Of a stretch of DNA of 64,000 bases, positions 56,321 to 64,000 are shown in pieces. The translations under genes and the position numbers were made by a program. The notes beneath the pieces were generated by a model that was given only the letters and a program-made list of their open reading frames with translations, did no database searches and was not told the DNA's origin. This stretch comes from Thermoplasmata archaeon (lineage in GTDB: Archaea > Thermoplasmatota > E2 > JACPAO01 > JAHFTW01), in contig JAXDQS010000005.1 of the NCBI GenBank assembly GCA_034667725.1, positions 96,001 through 160,000 on the forward strand, in the 5' to 3' direction. Numbering within the stretch: the stretch's first letter is position 1; each line of letters begins with the position of its first letter.

Positions 56321-57886
56321 TCAGGCGTAGCCGCCCGGCTCCTGGCGGGACGGGCCGCGCGCCGCCGCCCCGCTGGCGGGCGTCGCCGGCCGGGGGTCGT
56401 CGCCGAGGCGCTTCTCGACGTCCGCCTGGAGGGAGGGGGTGCGCTGGACCGCCTCCCGGAACGAGGTGCGCGCGTCGGCCAGCTGCCCAAGCTCATGCTG
56501 GGCCACGCCGAGGACGTAGAACAGGACGCCGTCGGAGGGCTGCCGGGTCTTGACGTAGGGCTCGATCTCGCGCACGACGGCGGTGTGCCGGCCCGACTTC
56601 GAGAGCGCGATGGCCAGGCCCAGCCGGGCGTCCTCCGCCTCGGGGCGGCGGTGCAGGATGCGGCGGGCCGAACGGGCGGCGCGGCGGTAGTCGCGCGACT
56701 CGAGCGCCGCCTCGACCTGGCCCATGGTGGGCACGTTGCTGCGCTGGTGGACGCGCCAGCCGCCCATGACGCCGAGGGCCAGCAGGGTGCCGGCCGCCAT
56801 GACGCCCTGCACCACCGGGTCGCGCGGGCTCTCCATCACGGGCAGCGCCAGCGGCTGGCCGTCGCCGTCCAGCGGGACGACCCCGACGTCCATCTGGCGG
56901 CCGAGCGGCCGCAGCGCCAGCAGCACGGGCGGCGCCAGCTCGATGGCGGGCTCCTGGACGCGCTGCTGCGGGCCGCCGTAGGCGCCCAGCAGGCCGGCGG
57001 CGTCGGTGAGGCCCGCCGTGCCCGACAGGACGCTGTTTTCGACGTTGGGGCCGGACCACTGCAGCGCGCCGTCGCTGTCGGCGAACTCCAGGACGCCGTC
57101 CACGACCTCGATGCGCAGGAACGATTCGCGCAGCGTGGTGGCGCCGGTGGCGCCCGTGGGGCCGGCTGGGCTGACGGGGGACTCCCAGTGGCCGCTCGCG
57201 ACGTCCCAGCCGCCTTCGCTGCCGACCAGGCGGCCGGACAGGCCGACGACCTCGATGGTGAACGTGCCTTCCAGGCGGAGCTTGAAGCCTTCGGGGGCGG
57301 TGGTGCGGACGTGGGGGCCGCTGGCGACCGGGCTCGACCAGTACGCCGACCCCTTGCCGCTCTCGACGCCGTCGGCATCCTCCACGCCGTCGAGGTGGTT
57401 GAGGGCGGGGTGCTCCACCACCTCGAGGCAGGCCTCGCCGAGCGAGGAGGATTGGCCGAAGGTGCCCATCGAGAACACCATGACGACGTAGCCTTCCTGG
57501 GCCTCCTCCGGCGTCACCTGCGCCTGGGTGGCTTCATGCTGGACCGGCGGCGGCGCCTGGCCGAGCGAGCGCAGCGTCTGCGCCGTGGACACGCTGTAGG
57601 GCTCGCCCACGGGCGGCGTGGCGCGCACCACGTGGCCCTCGTCCGACACCTCGTAGGTGTGGATGCGGGCCGCCGCGATGCTCCAGGCGGGGGGCTCGGA
57701 GCCGCCCCCGCCCATGTGGACGAACTGGCCAAGGCCGCGCTGGAGCACGTCGCCCTCCACGTGGGCCGTGGCGGCGGACAACGTGCCGCCGACCGGCTCG
57801 GCCGCGGCCGCCGGCAAGGCGAGCACGGCCAGGAGAAGGGCGGCCGCGGCCCGCAGGCCGGGCCAGCTCCAGCGCGACGGGTTCAA
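56321..57886 (-). CDS. Single-pass membrane protein: ectodomain + TM + cytoplasmic TPR (copy A)
   Basis: TTG start overlaps the upstream stop; signal peptide; TM; TPR motif LFYVLGVAQHELGQLADA. Confidence 0.78.
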   Translation of the reverse strand: MNPSRWSWPGLRAAAALLLAVLALPAAAAEPVGGTLSAATAHVEGDVLQRGLGQFVHMGGGGSEPPAWSIAAARIHTYEVSDEGHVVRATPPVGEPYSVSTAQTLRSLGQAPPPVQHEATQAQVTPEEAQEGYVVMVFSMGTFGQSSSLGEACLEVVEHPALNHLDGVEDADGVESGKGSAYWSSPVASGPHVRTTAPEGFKLRLEGTFTIEVVGLSGRLVGSEGGWDVASGHWESPVSPAGPTGATGATTLRESFLRIEVVDGVLEFADSDGALQWSGPNVENSVLSGTAGLTDAAGLLGAYGGPQQRVQEPAIELAPPVLLALRPLGRQMDVGVVPLDGDGQPLALPVMESPRDPVVQGVMAAGTLLALGVMGGWRVHQRSNVPTMGQVEAALESRDYRRAARSARRILHRRPEAEDARLGLAIALSKSGRHTAVVREIEPYVKTRQPSDGVLFYVLGVAQHELGQLADARTSFREAVQRTPSLQADVEKRLGDDPRPATPASGAAARGPSRQEPGGYA

Positions 57887-58419
57887 CCCAGGGCCTCCAG
57901 CGACAAGTCCAGGACCACCGTGAACGTGTCCCAGCTTGCGCCGGGGACCAGGGAGCAGGCATCGAGCGCGTAGCTGGACAGGACCGCGTAGACGTTGACC
58001 GACGGCGGGTCGATGGCGCCCGCGGGCGGGCTGCACGCCACGGCGACGGCCGTCCAGGAGTCGCCGTCGTCGCTCGTGATGGTGACGTTGGACGGCATGC
58101 CGCGGCCGTGCCCGAGGCCGCCTGCCAGCACGACGGGGCCCTCCAGCATGCCCACCGGGGCGCCGACGGAGCATTGGTTGATCGTGTACATGTTGAGGAC
58201 GGGGTAGACCACGAGGCCCGGCTCCTCGCCGGTGCCCTCGATGGGCTGGCACTCCTCCCTGCCATCGCGGGGACCGAGGGCCGTCATGATTCGGGCGTCG
58301 GCCTTGACGGTGGCGTCCTCCCAATAGGAAGTGCCGTAGCCCGCGGGGGCGGCGGCGGCCGGTCCAAGGGCGATGGCAAGCAACGCAGCCAGGCCGCAGG
58401 AAAAAGCGCGGGATCGCAT
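57883..58419 (-). CDS. Small Cys-containing secreted protein (copy A)
   Basis: Signal peptide; CQPIEGTGEEPG..YPVLNMYTINQC. Confidence 0.75.
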   Translation of the reverse strand: MRSRAFSCGLAALLAIALGPAAAAPAGYGTSYWEDATVKADARIMTALGPRDGREECQPIEGTGEEPGLVVYPVLNMYTINQCSVGAPVGMLEGPVVLAGGLGHGRGMPSNVTITSDDGDSWTAVAVACSPPAGAIDPPSVNVYAVLSSYALDACSLVPGASWDTFTVVLDLSLEALG

Positions 58420-58708
58420 GGAACGTGCCAGAAGAACGGGCCGCACGATGCAAGGCTTCGGACGCCGGCAATGCCCAACAGTAGGCCAAACGTCGTTGGA
58501 TGTATCCAACCTGCCGGGCGAGGAGCACGCGATCGCGAGGGGGTTTGTATGCTCGTCGATGGAGGAAAGCCACGGCGGCGGCGCCCCGGGAAGCGCGGCG
58601 GGGGCGACCCTTGGAAGACGGCCTGCGCGGCCAAGGGCACGGGTTGGCGCTCGCCTCACGGGAGCGGCTGCGCGAGGAGCCCGTGGGACCGATGCTGCCG
58701 TGAGCGCC

Positions 58709-59425
58709 TTAGTGCTGCGACTTCTCCAGGACGCGCACGTGCTCGCCCTTGACGGTGATGGGGATCGGCACCATGGACTCGATGAGCTCCACCGTGATCT
58801 CCTCCTTGGTGTCGTCGACGCGGGTGACCTTGGCCTTCTCGCCGCGGAACGGACCGCTCACGAGCTCCACGATGTCGCCCTCCGCGATCTTGGCGACGGC
58901 GGACACCGGCGTCAGGAAATGCGCGATCTCCGAGAACGGAATGTCCACCGGAATCTTGCGGGTGACCACCTTGCCGCGGCGGTCGCGCGCGATGTTGCCG
59001 TTCTCGTCCCGGACCTCCTCCTGGCGCGTCACGAGGGCGCGGGCGTAGGAGACGCCGCGGATGCCCTTCTCGGCCTCCAACGGGTTCGAGGTCTCCAAGA
59101 AGACGAAGCCGCGCAGCTCGGCGGGGCTCAGGATGGCGCTGATCGGGAGCTTGAAGCGGCGCGCCTTGTTGCCCAGCGCCTCCGCCACGCGGCGCTCCTG
59201 GCCGACCTGGGTCTTGAGGACCAGGATCTGGCTGCCGGTGAGCGCCTCGGGCTCGGTGTCCGCGATCTCGGCGCGCTTGGCCTTCTTGCGACGCGGCGTC
59301 TTGGCGTCCTTCGGCTCCGCGGGGTTGTCCTGCGTGACGGCGGGCGTCGCGGTGGGCTTGGCCTGGGCCTTCTGGGCCAGCTCTTCCTTCGTGGGTAGGA
59401 TGCCGAGGTCGCCTTCGTCCTGCAT
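58709..59425 (-). CDS. spt5: Transcription elongation factor Spt5
   Basis: KTQVGQE, LRGFVFLE (NGN domain); GDIVELVSGPFRGEKAKV (KOW), VPIPITV. Confidence 0.93.
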   Translation of the reverse strand: MQDEGDLGILPTKEELAQKAQAKPTATPAVTQDNPAEPKDAKTPRRKKAKRAEIADTEPEALTGSQILVLKTQVGQERRVAEALGNKARRFKLPISAILSPAELRGFVFLETSNPLEAEKGIRGVSYARALVTRQEEVRDENGNIARDRRGKVVTRKIPVDIPFSEIAHFLTPVSAVAKIAEGDIVELVSGPFRGEKAKVTRVDDTKEEITVELIESMVPIPITVKGEHVRVLEKSQH

Positions 59426-59552
59426 GGATTTTCACCGCTTGCTCCCGCTGGGTCCCAACAAGAGCAAGGGTCGCGACAAGGCGACGGTATTTGGGCGTTG
59501 CGCAGAAGGCGGTCGATTTCCAGGGTTGGCTCGCCGTTGGCTGCTCAACTCA

Positions 59553-59820
59553 GAAGATTCCCACAGAGGCCTGTGGAGTCTGTGTCTAGTTGCGGTCGCG
59601 ACGAGCACTGATTCTCTCAGATTCGGAAGATTCCCACAGAACTCCGTGGAATCTGTGTCTAGTTGCGGCCGCCCACGAGCACTGATTTACCCAGATTCGG
59701 AAGATTCCCTCAAAACTCTGTGGAATCTGTGTCCAGTCGGCGGCTCCGCGACGAGCACTGATTTGCACAGATTCGGAAGATTCCCACAGAACTCTGTGGA
59801 ATCTGTGTCCAGTCGGCGGC
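59553..59820. repeat. Tandem array of about 3.6 units of 73-76 bp sharing the TCTGTGGAATCTGTG core
   Basis: Units start with GAAGATTCC at 59553, 59626, 59700 and 59776. Confidence 0.92.
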
Positions 59821-59878
59821 GTGTGGTTCCACCGACCCCGTCCACGCCCTGAAGAATCCTGCCCGGCTCTTGCTGCCC

Positions 59879-60043
59879 ATGCACCCGCTCCACCTTGCCC
59901 TGCACGCCGACGGCGCCTGGACCGCCACCTGCGGCGACGACGAGCTGGACGGCATGGCCTTCGGCGAGACGCCCGCCATCCGCGCCACCATGACCCTCTG
60001 GGGACCCGCCACGCCGGGCGTCCTGCGCGCCGTCGCCGCCTGA
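59879..60043 (+). CDS. Possible 54-aa hypothetical protein
   Basis: ATG..TGA, high GC at third codon positions: MHPLHLALHADGAWTATCGDDELDGMAFG... Confidence 0.4.
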   Translation: MHPLHLALHADGAWTATCGDDELDGMAFGETPAIRATMTLWGPATPGVLRAVAA

Positions 60044-60234
60044 GCTTCCTGTGCAACCCGCGGCGATCTGCCGCCGCCCCCGCCCCCATCAGCCGGGCTT
60101 CCGGCACGGAACCCCCAGCGGCCGGTGGAGGCAAGGCGCGGAACGCGGGTGCTCCACTGGAAACCCTACCGTTGTTTCCGACAAGCCGGGGTCTCTGCGA
60201 TGGGGTTTTGTGGGGACCTGTGGTTCGCGCCCCG

Positions 60235-60552
60235 ATGAGCCCGTTCCCCATCGCCCCACCTCGTAGCGACGACCGCGACGCCTGGATGTCCTTGCAGGAG
60301 AACCCGCACATCGACGGCGACACTGCCCACGACCTCATGCGCCTGGGCATCCGCCGCGGCGAGGACCTCACGGACAAGGACCCGCTGGACCTCTACCGCC
60401 GCCTGTCCGCGCTCGACCAGGAGTCGCACGACGTCCGCAAGGCCCGCCTCTACGCCATGGCGATCGAGGCCGCCCGCCGCGAGCCCGACCTCGGCCCCGC
60501 CGCCGGCACGCGCCGGCCGGGCGGCTTCCTCGCGCGCTGGCGCCACAAGTAG
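60235..60552 (+). CDS. Small helix-hairpin-helix protein (Cdd1/TfoX-C-like)
   Basis: AHDLMRLGIRRGEDLTDKDPLDLYRRL. Confidence 0.7.
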   Translation: MSPFPIAPPRSDDRDAWMSLQENPHIDGDTAHDLMRLGIRRGEDLTDKDPLDLYRRLSALDQESHDVRKARLYAMAIEAARREPDLGPAAGTRRPGGFLARWRHK

Positions 60553-60554
60553 GC

Positions 60555-61766
60555 CTACAGGACGCGGACCTGCGCCGCCGCCCGCTTCGCCTTGGCGCGC
60601 GCCTCGGAGATTGTCGCCCCACTGGCAACAATCACGCCCATGCGGCGGTTGCGGTGCGCCGCGGGCTTGCCGAACAGGCGGATGGCGGTGCCGGGCTCGG
60701 CCAGCGCCGCCTCGACGCCTTCGAACGCCGGCGGCTCCGACGACGCCGTGGCGAGGATGACGGCGCTGGCGGTCGGGCCGAGGTGGCCGACGTCGGGGAT
60801 GGGCAGGCCGGTGATGGCGCGGACGTGCAGCGCGAACTCCGACAGGGTCTGGCTGCCGAGGGTCACGAGGCCGGTGTCGTGCGGGCGCGGGCTGACCTCG
60901 GAGAACCAGACCTCGTCGCCGGCGACGAACAGCTCGACGCCGAACAGGCCGCGGCCGCCGAGCGCCTCGGTGACGCTGCGTCCAATGGCTTGGCTGCGCT
61001 GGAGGGCGACGGGGGACATGGCCATGGGCTGCCAGGACTCGCGGTAGTCGCCGTCGACCTGGACATGGCCGATGGGCGGGCAGAAGGTGGTGCCGCCGGC
61101 GTGGCGGATGGTGAGGAGCGTGATCTCGTACTCGAACGGGATGAACGACTCGACGATGACGCGGCCGGTGTTGACGCGCCCCTGCATCGCGTAGGCCCAC
61201 GCCTTGTCCACGTCCGCGTGCGCGCGCACGACGCTCTGGCCCTTGCCGCTGCTGCTCATGGTCGGCTTGACGACGCACGGGAACCCGATGGCGGCGACGG
61301 CGGCGCGGAACTCCTCCGGGCTGCTTGCGAATTGATAGCGGCTCGTGGGCAGGCCCAAGGTCTCGGCGGCCAGGCGGCGGATGCCTTCGCGGTCCATCGT
61401 GAGGCGGGCGGCGCGCGCGGTCGGCACCACGTGGAACCCCTCGGCCTCCAGCTTCTCCAGCTCGGCGGTGGCGATGGCCTCGATCTCCGGCACGATCCAG
61501 TCCGGGTCCTCCTGCTCGATGACGGCGCGCAACGCCTTCGAATCGGTCATGTCCACGACGTGGCTGCGGTGCGCCACCTGCATCGCCGGCGCGTTGGGGT
61601 AACGGTCCACGGCCACCGTCTCGATCCCCAGCCGCTGCGCCTCCAGCACGACCTCCTTCCCAAGCTCGCCGGAGCCCAAGAGCAGCATCTTGCGGGCGTT
61701 GCTGGCAAGCGGGGTGCCCCAGGCCACGGCCGCCGTGCGCGAAGCCACCGATATAGACGTTTCCAC
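60555..61766 (-). CDS. purT: Formate-dependent phosphoribosylglycinamide formyltransferase
   Basis: [49 protein letters not shown]. Confidence 0.96.
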   Translation of the reverse strand: METSISVASRTAAVAWGTPLASNARKMLLLGSGELGKEVVLEAQRLGIETVAVDRYPNAPAMQVAHRSHVVDMTDSKALRAVIEQEDPDWIVPEIEAIATAELEKLEAEGFHVVPTARAARLTMDREGIRRLAAETLGLPTSRYQFASSPEEFRAAVAAIGFPCVVKPTMSSSGKGQSVVRAHADVDKAWAYAMQGRVNTGRVIVESFIPFEYEITLLTIRHAGGTTFCPPIGHVQVDGDYRESWQPMAMSPVALQRSQAIGRSVTEALGGRGLFGVELFVAGDEVWFSEVSPRPHDTGLVTLGSQTLSEFALHVRAITGLPIPDVGHLGPTASAVILATASSEPPAFEGVEAALAEPGTAIRLFGKPAAHRNRRMGVIVASGATISEARAKAKRAAAQVRVL

Positions 61767-61804
61767 GCCGGTTCATCAAGCTCCCGCCCCCCAAACGGGG
61801 GCCC

Positions 61805-62929
61805 ATGCGCCTTGAACAGCGCGTGTGGGACGCAGCCGAAGGCTGGCATGGCGAAGCAGCCCTCCCGGAGGCCCAGCTCGTCCTGGTCTTCGGCGGCCGC
61901 GACGGCCTCGCCCCCGCCTCGCTCGACCGCTTGGCGCACGACTACCCTGGCGCCATCCTGGCCGGCTGCTCGACCGCCGGCGAGATCGCGGGCACCCACG
62001 TCCACGACGACCACGCCGTCGCCACCGCCGTCCGCTTTGCCGGCACCCCCGTCCGGGCGGTCCACATCGACCTCCAGCAAGGCGAGGCCTCGGAGGCCGC
62101 CGGCGCCCGCCTGGCCGCCCAGCTCCCCGCCGCCGGCCTGGTCCACGTCCTCGTGTTCTCCGACGGCCAGCACGTCAACGGCAGCGCCCTCGTGGCCGGG
62201 ATGCAGCAGCGTCTCCCCGCCGGCGTGCAGCTCACCGGCGGCCTGGCCGGCGACGGCCCGCGCTTCCAGCACACCCTCACGGTGGCGGCCGGCGAGGCGC
62301 GCGAGGACCGCATCGTCGCCGTCGGCTTCTACGGCCCCCGCCTCCGGGTCGGCTTCGGCTCGCTCGGCGGCTGGGACCCCTTCGGCCCGCAGCGCCGCGT
62401 CACCCGCGCCGTCGGCAACGTCCTGTACGAACTCGACGGCCAGCCCGCCCTCGCCCTCTACAAGCGCTACCTCGGCGACCAGAGCGCCGGGCTGCCCGCC
62501 ACCGGCCTGCTGTTCCCGTTGAGCCTGCGGCGCGACGACGGCGGCGAAGTGGTGCGCACCATCCTCGCCGTCAACGAGGCCGACCAGTCGATGACGTTCG
62601 CCGGCGACATCCCGGAAGGCCTCATGGTGCGCCTCATGAAGGCCAACTTCGACCGCCTGGTGGACGGCGCCCACGGCGCCGCCGAGACCAGCCAGGCCGC
62701 CCTGGGCTCCGACCACGCCGAGCTGGCGCTCCTGATCAGCTGCGTCGGCCGCAAGCTGGTGCTCAAGCAGCGCGTCGAGGAGGAGCTGGAGGCGGTGCAG
62801 CAGGTCGTCGGCCACGGCGCGGCGCTTGCCGGCTTCTACTCCTACGGCGAAATCTGCCCCGCGGCCCCGGCGGCCAGCTGCGAGCTGCACAACCAGACCA
62901 TGACCATCACCACCTTCGCCGAGGCATGA
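61805..62929 (+). CDS. FIST-domain sensor protein (NosP-like)
   Basis: GCSTAGEI, GGLAGD, GWDPFG, LYELDG, SCVGR, GFYSYGE, LHNQT. Confidence 0.92.
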   Translation: MRLEQRVWDAAEGWHGEAALPEAQLVLVFGGRDGLAPASLDRLAHDYPGAILAGCSTAGEIAGTHVHDDHAVATAVRFAGTPVRAVHIDLQQGEASEAAGARLAAQLPAAGLVHVLVFSDGQHVNGSALVAGMQQRLPAGVQLTGGLAGDGPRFQHTLTVAAGEAREDRIVAVGFYGPRLRVGFGSLGGWDPFGPQRRVTRAVGNVLYELDGQPALALYKRYLGDQSAGLPATGLLFPLSLRRDDGGEVVRTILAVNEADQSMTFAGDIPEGLMVRLMKANFDRLVDGAHGAAETSQAALGSDHAELALLISCVGRKLVLKQRVEEELEAVQQVVGHGAALAGFYSYGEICPAAPAASCELHNQTMTITTFAEA

Positions 62930-64000
62930 ATGCACAAGCTCCTGGAACGGCAGCTCCGCAGGGCCTTCGGCGGCCCCGACGGCGTGCCGCCAGGGCTCCA
63001 GCCGCTCCTGGACGCCATCGACGCCACCTACCGGGGCAACGACGAGGACCGCGCCCTGCTGGAGCGCTCGATGGAGCTGACCTCCCAGGAGCTCCTGGCG
63101 CTCAACGACGAGCTGCGCGGCCAGCGTGACCAGCAGCGCGTCATCTTCGACTCGGTGCCCGCCCTCATCTTCTACAAGGACACCGAGAACCGCATCCTGC
63201 GCCTCAACGCGCCGGCAGCCGCCGTCTTCGGCGCCAAGGTCGAGGACATCGAAGGCAAGTCCACCTACGACCTCATGCCGCACGACGCCGCCAAGCGGCT
63301 GCACGACGACGACCTGGAAGTCGTCCGCAGCGCCCAGCCCAAGCTCGGCATCCTCGAGTCCCACCCCGACGGCGCCGGCAACCTCCGCTGGGCCCGCACC
63401 GACAAGGTGCCCTACCGCGACGCCGCCGGCAAGGTCGCCGGCGTCCTCGTGCTGTCGCAGGACATCACCGAACGCCGCCGCGCCGAGGCAGCGCTCCGGG
63501 AGTCCGAGCGCCGCTACCGCCTCATCGTCGAGACCGCCACCGAAGGCATCTGGAGCGTCGACACCGAAGGCCGCACCACCTACGCCAACGCCGTCCTGGC
63601 GCAGATGCTCGCCGTCACCCCCGAGGAGATTCAGGGCCGCAACGTCCTCGACTTCATCGGCCCGGACGACCGCGCCGCCGCCGAGAGCCGGCTTGCCCGC
63701 CTGTTCGCCGGCGGCAGCGCCCGCATGGACCTCCGGTTCCGCCGCGGCGACGGCGCCGTCCTGTGGACCCAGGCCTCCGGCTCCGCCATCCGCGACGGCG
63801 ACGGCAAGGTCGTGGGCGCGCTCGGGATGCTCACCGACATCACCAAGCGCCGCGAGGCCGAGGAGGAGCTGCGCGCCGCCTACACCCGGCTCCAGCAGGT
63901 CGACCAGTCGCGCATCCACTTCCTCAACACCGCCGCCCACGAGCTGGGCACCCCGCTGACGCCCTTGGTCCTGCAGATGCGCGTCCTCAAAGGGATGCTC
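62930..64000 (+). CDS. PAS-PAS sensor histidine kinase, truncated at the window edge
   Basis: Manual translation: MHKLLERQLRR..., two PAS/PAC domains (DITERR, DITKRR), H-box FLNTAAHELGTPLT. Confidence 0.9.
   Translation, partial: MHKLLERQLRRAFGGPDGVPPGLQPLLDAIDATYRGNDEDRALLERSMELTSQELLALNDELRGQRDQQRVIFDSVPALIFYKDTENRILRLNAPAAAVFGAKVEDIEGKSTYDLMPHDAAKRLHDDDLEVVRSAQPKLGILESHPDGAGNLRWARTDKVPYRDAAGKVAGVLVLSQDITERRRAEAALRESERRYRLIVETATEGIWSVDTEGRTTYANAVLAQMLAVTPEEIQGRNVLDFIGPDDRAAAESRLARLFAGGSARMDLRFRRGDGAVLWTQASGSAIRDGDGKVVGALGMLTDITKRREAEEELRAAYTRLQQVDQSRIHFLNTAAHELGTPLTPLVLQMRVLKGML

Noticed and set aside
58430-58700. GC-rich hairpins downstream of spt5
   Set aside because: Short stems expected by chance at this GC content; no recognisable RNA motif
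533-63940. Many long Arg/Gly/Ala-rich ORFs (e.g. 40085-43228 +, 22196-24529 +, 61547-63940 -)
   Set aside because: Shadow frames of real genes caused by stop-codon scarcity at high GC

Overview
High-GC archaeal chromosome segment. The gene set (proteasome alpha-SBDS-exosome operon, archaeal RibC, S17e, Spt5, thiolase-DUF35, archaeal-type IleRS) suggests a Thermoplasmatota-like lineage; this is an inference, not a placement. It holds about 65 CDS, mostly housekeeping genes mixed with secreted and lipoprotein genes of unknown function, plus one tRNA-Arg(CCT). No CRISPR array, IS element or integrase is evident. The most notable signals are: (1) a GxxExxY (PD-(D/E)XK-like) gene abutting an array of palindromic TCTGTGGAATCTGTG/CACAGATTCCACAGA hairpin repeats, with a gene-less array sharing the same core 20 kb away, a REP/RAYT-like arrangement; (2) a tandemly duplicated module of a small Cys-rich secreted protein plus a single-pass protein with cytoplasmic TPR, followed by a winged-HTH regulator, a candidate signalling system; (3) a 1,096-aa secreted beta-helix protein with an approximately 380-aa coiled coil inserted into it; (4) a lumazine synthase with an approximately 250-aa disordered N-terminal extension; (5) a 29-bp duplicate of the tRNA-Arg 3' end preceded by a CCT-loop hairpin. 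Many start codons were re-called by eye, and product calls come from motif recognition only.
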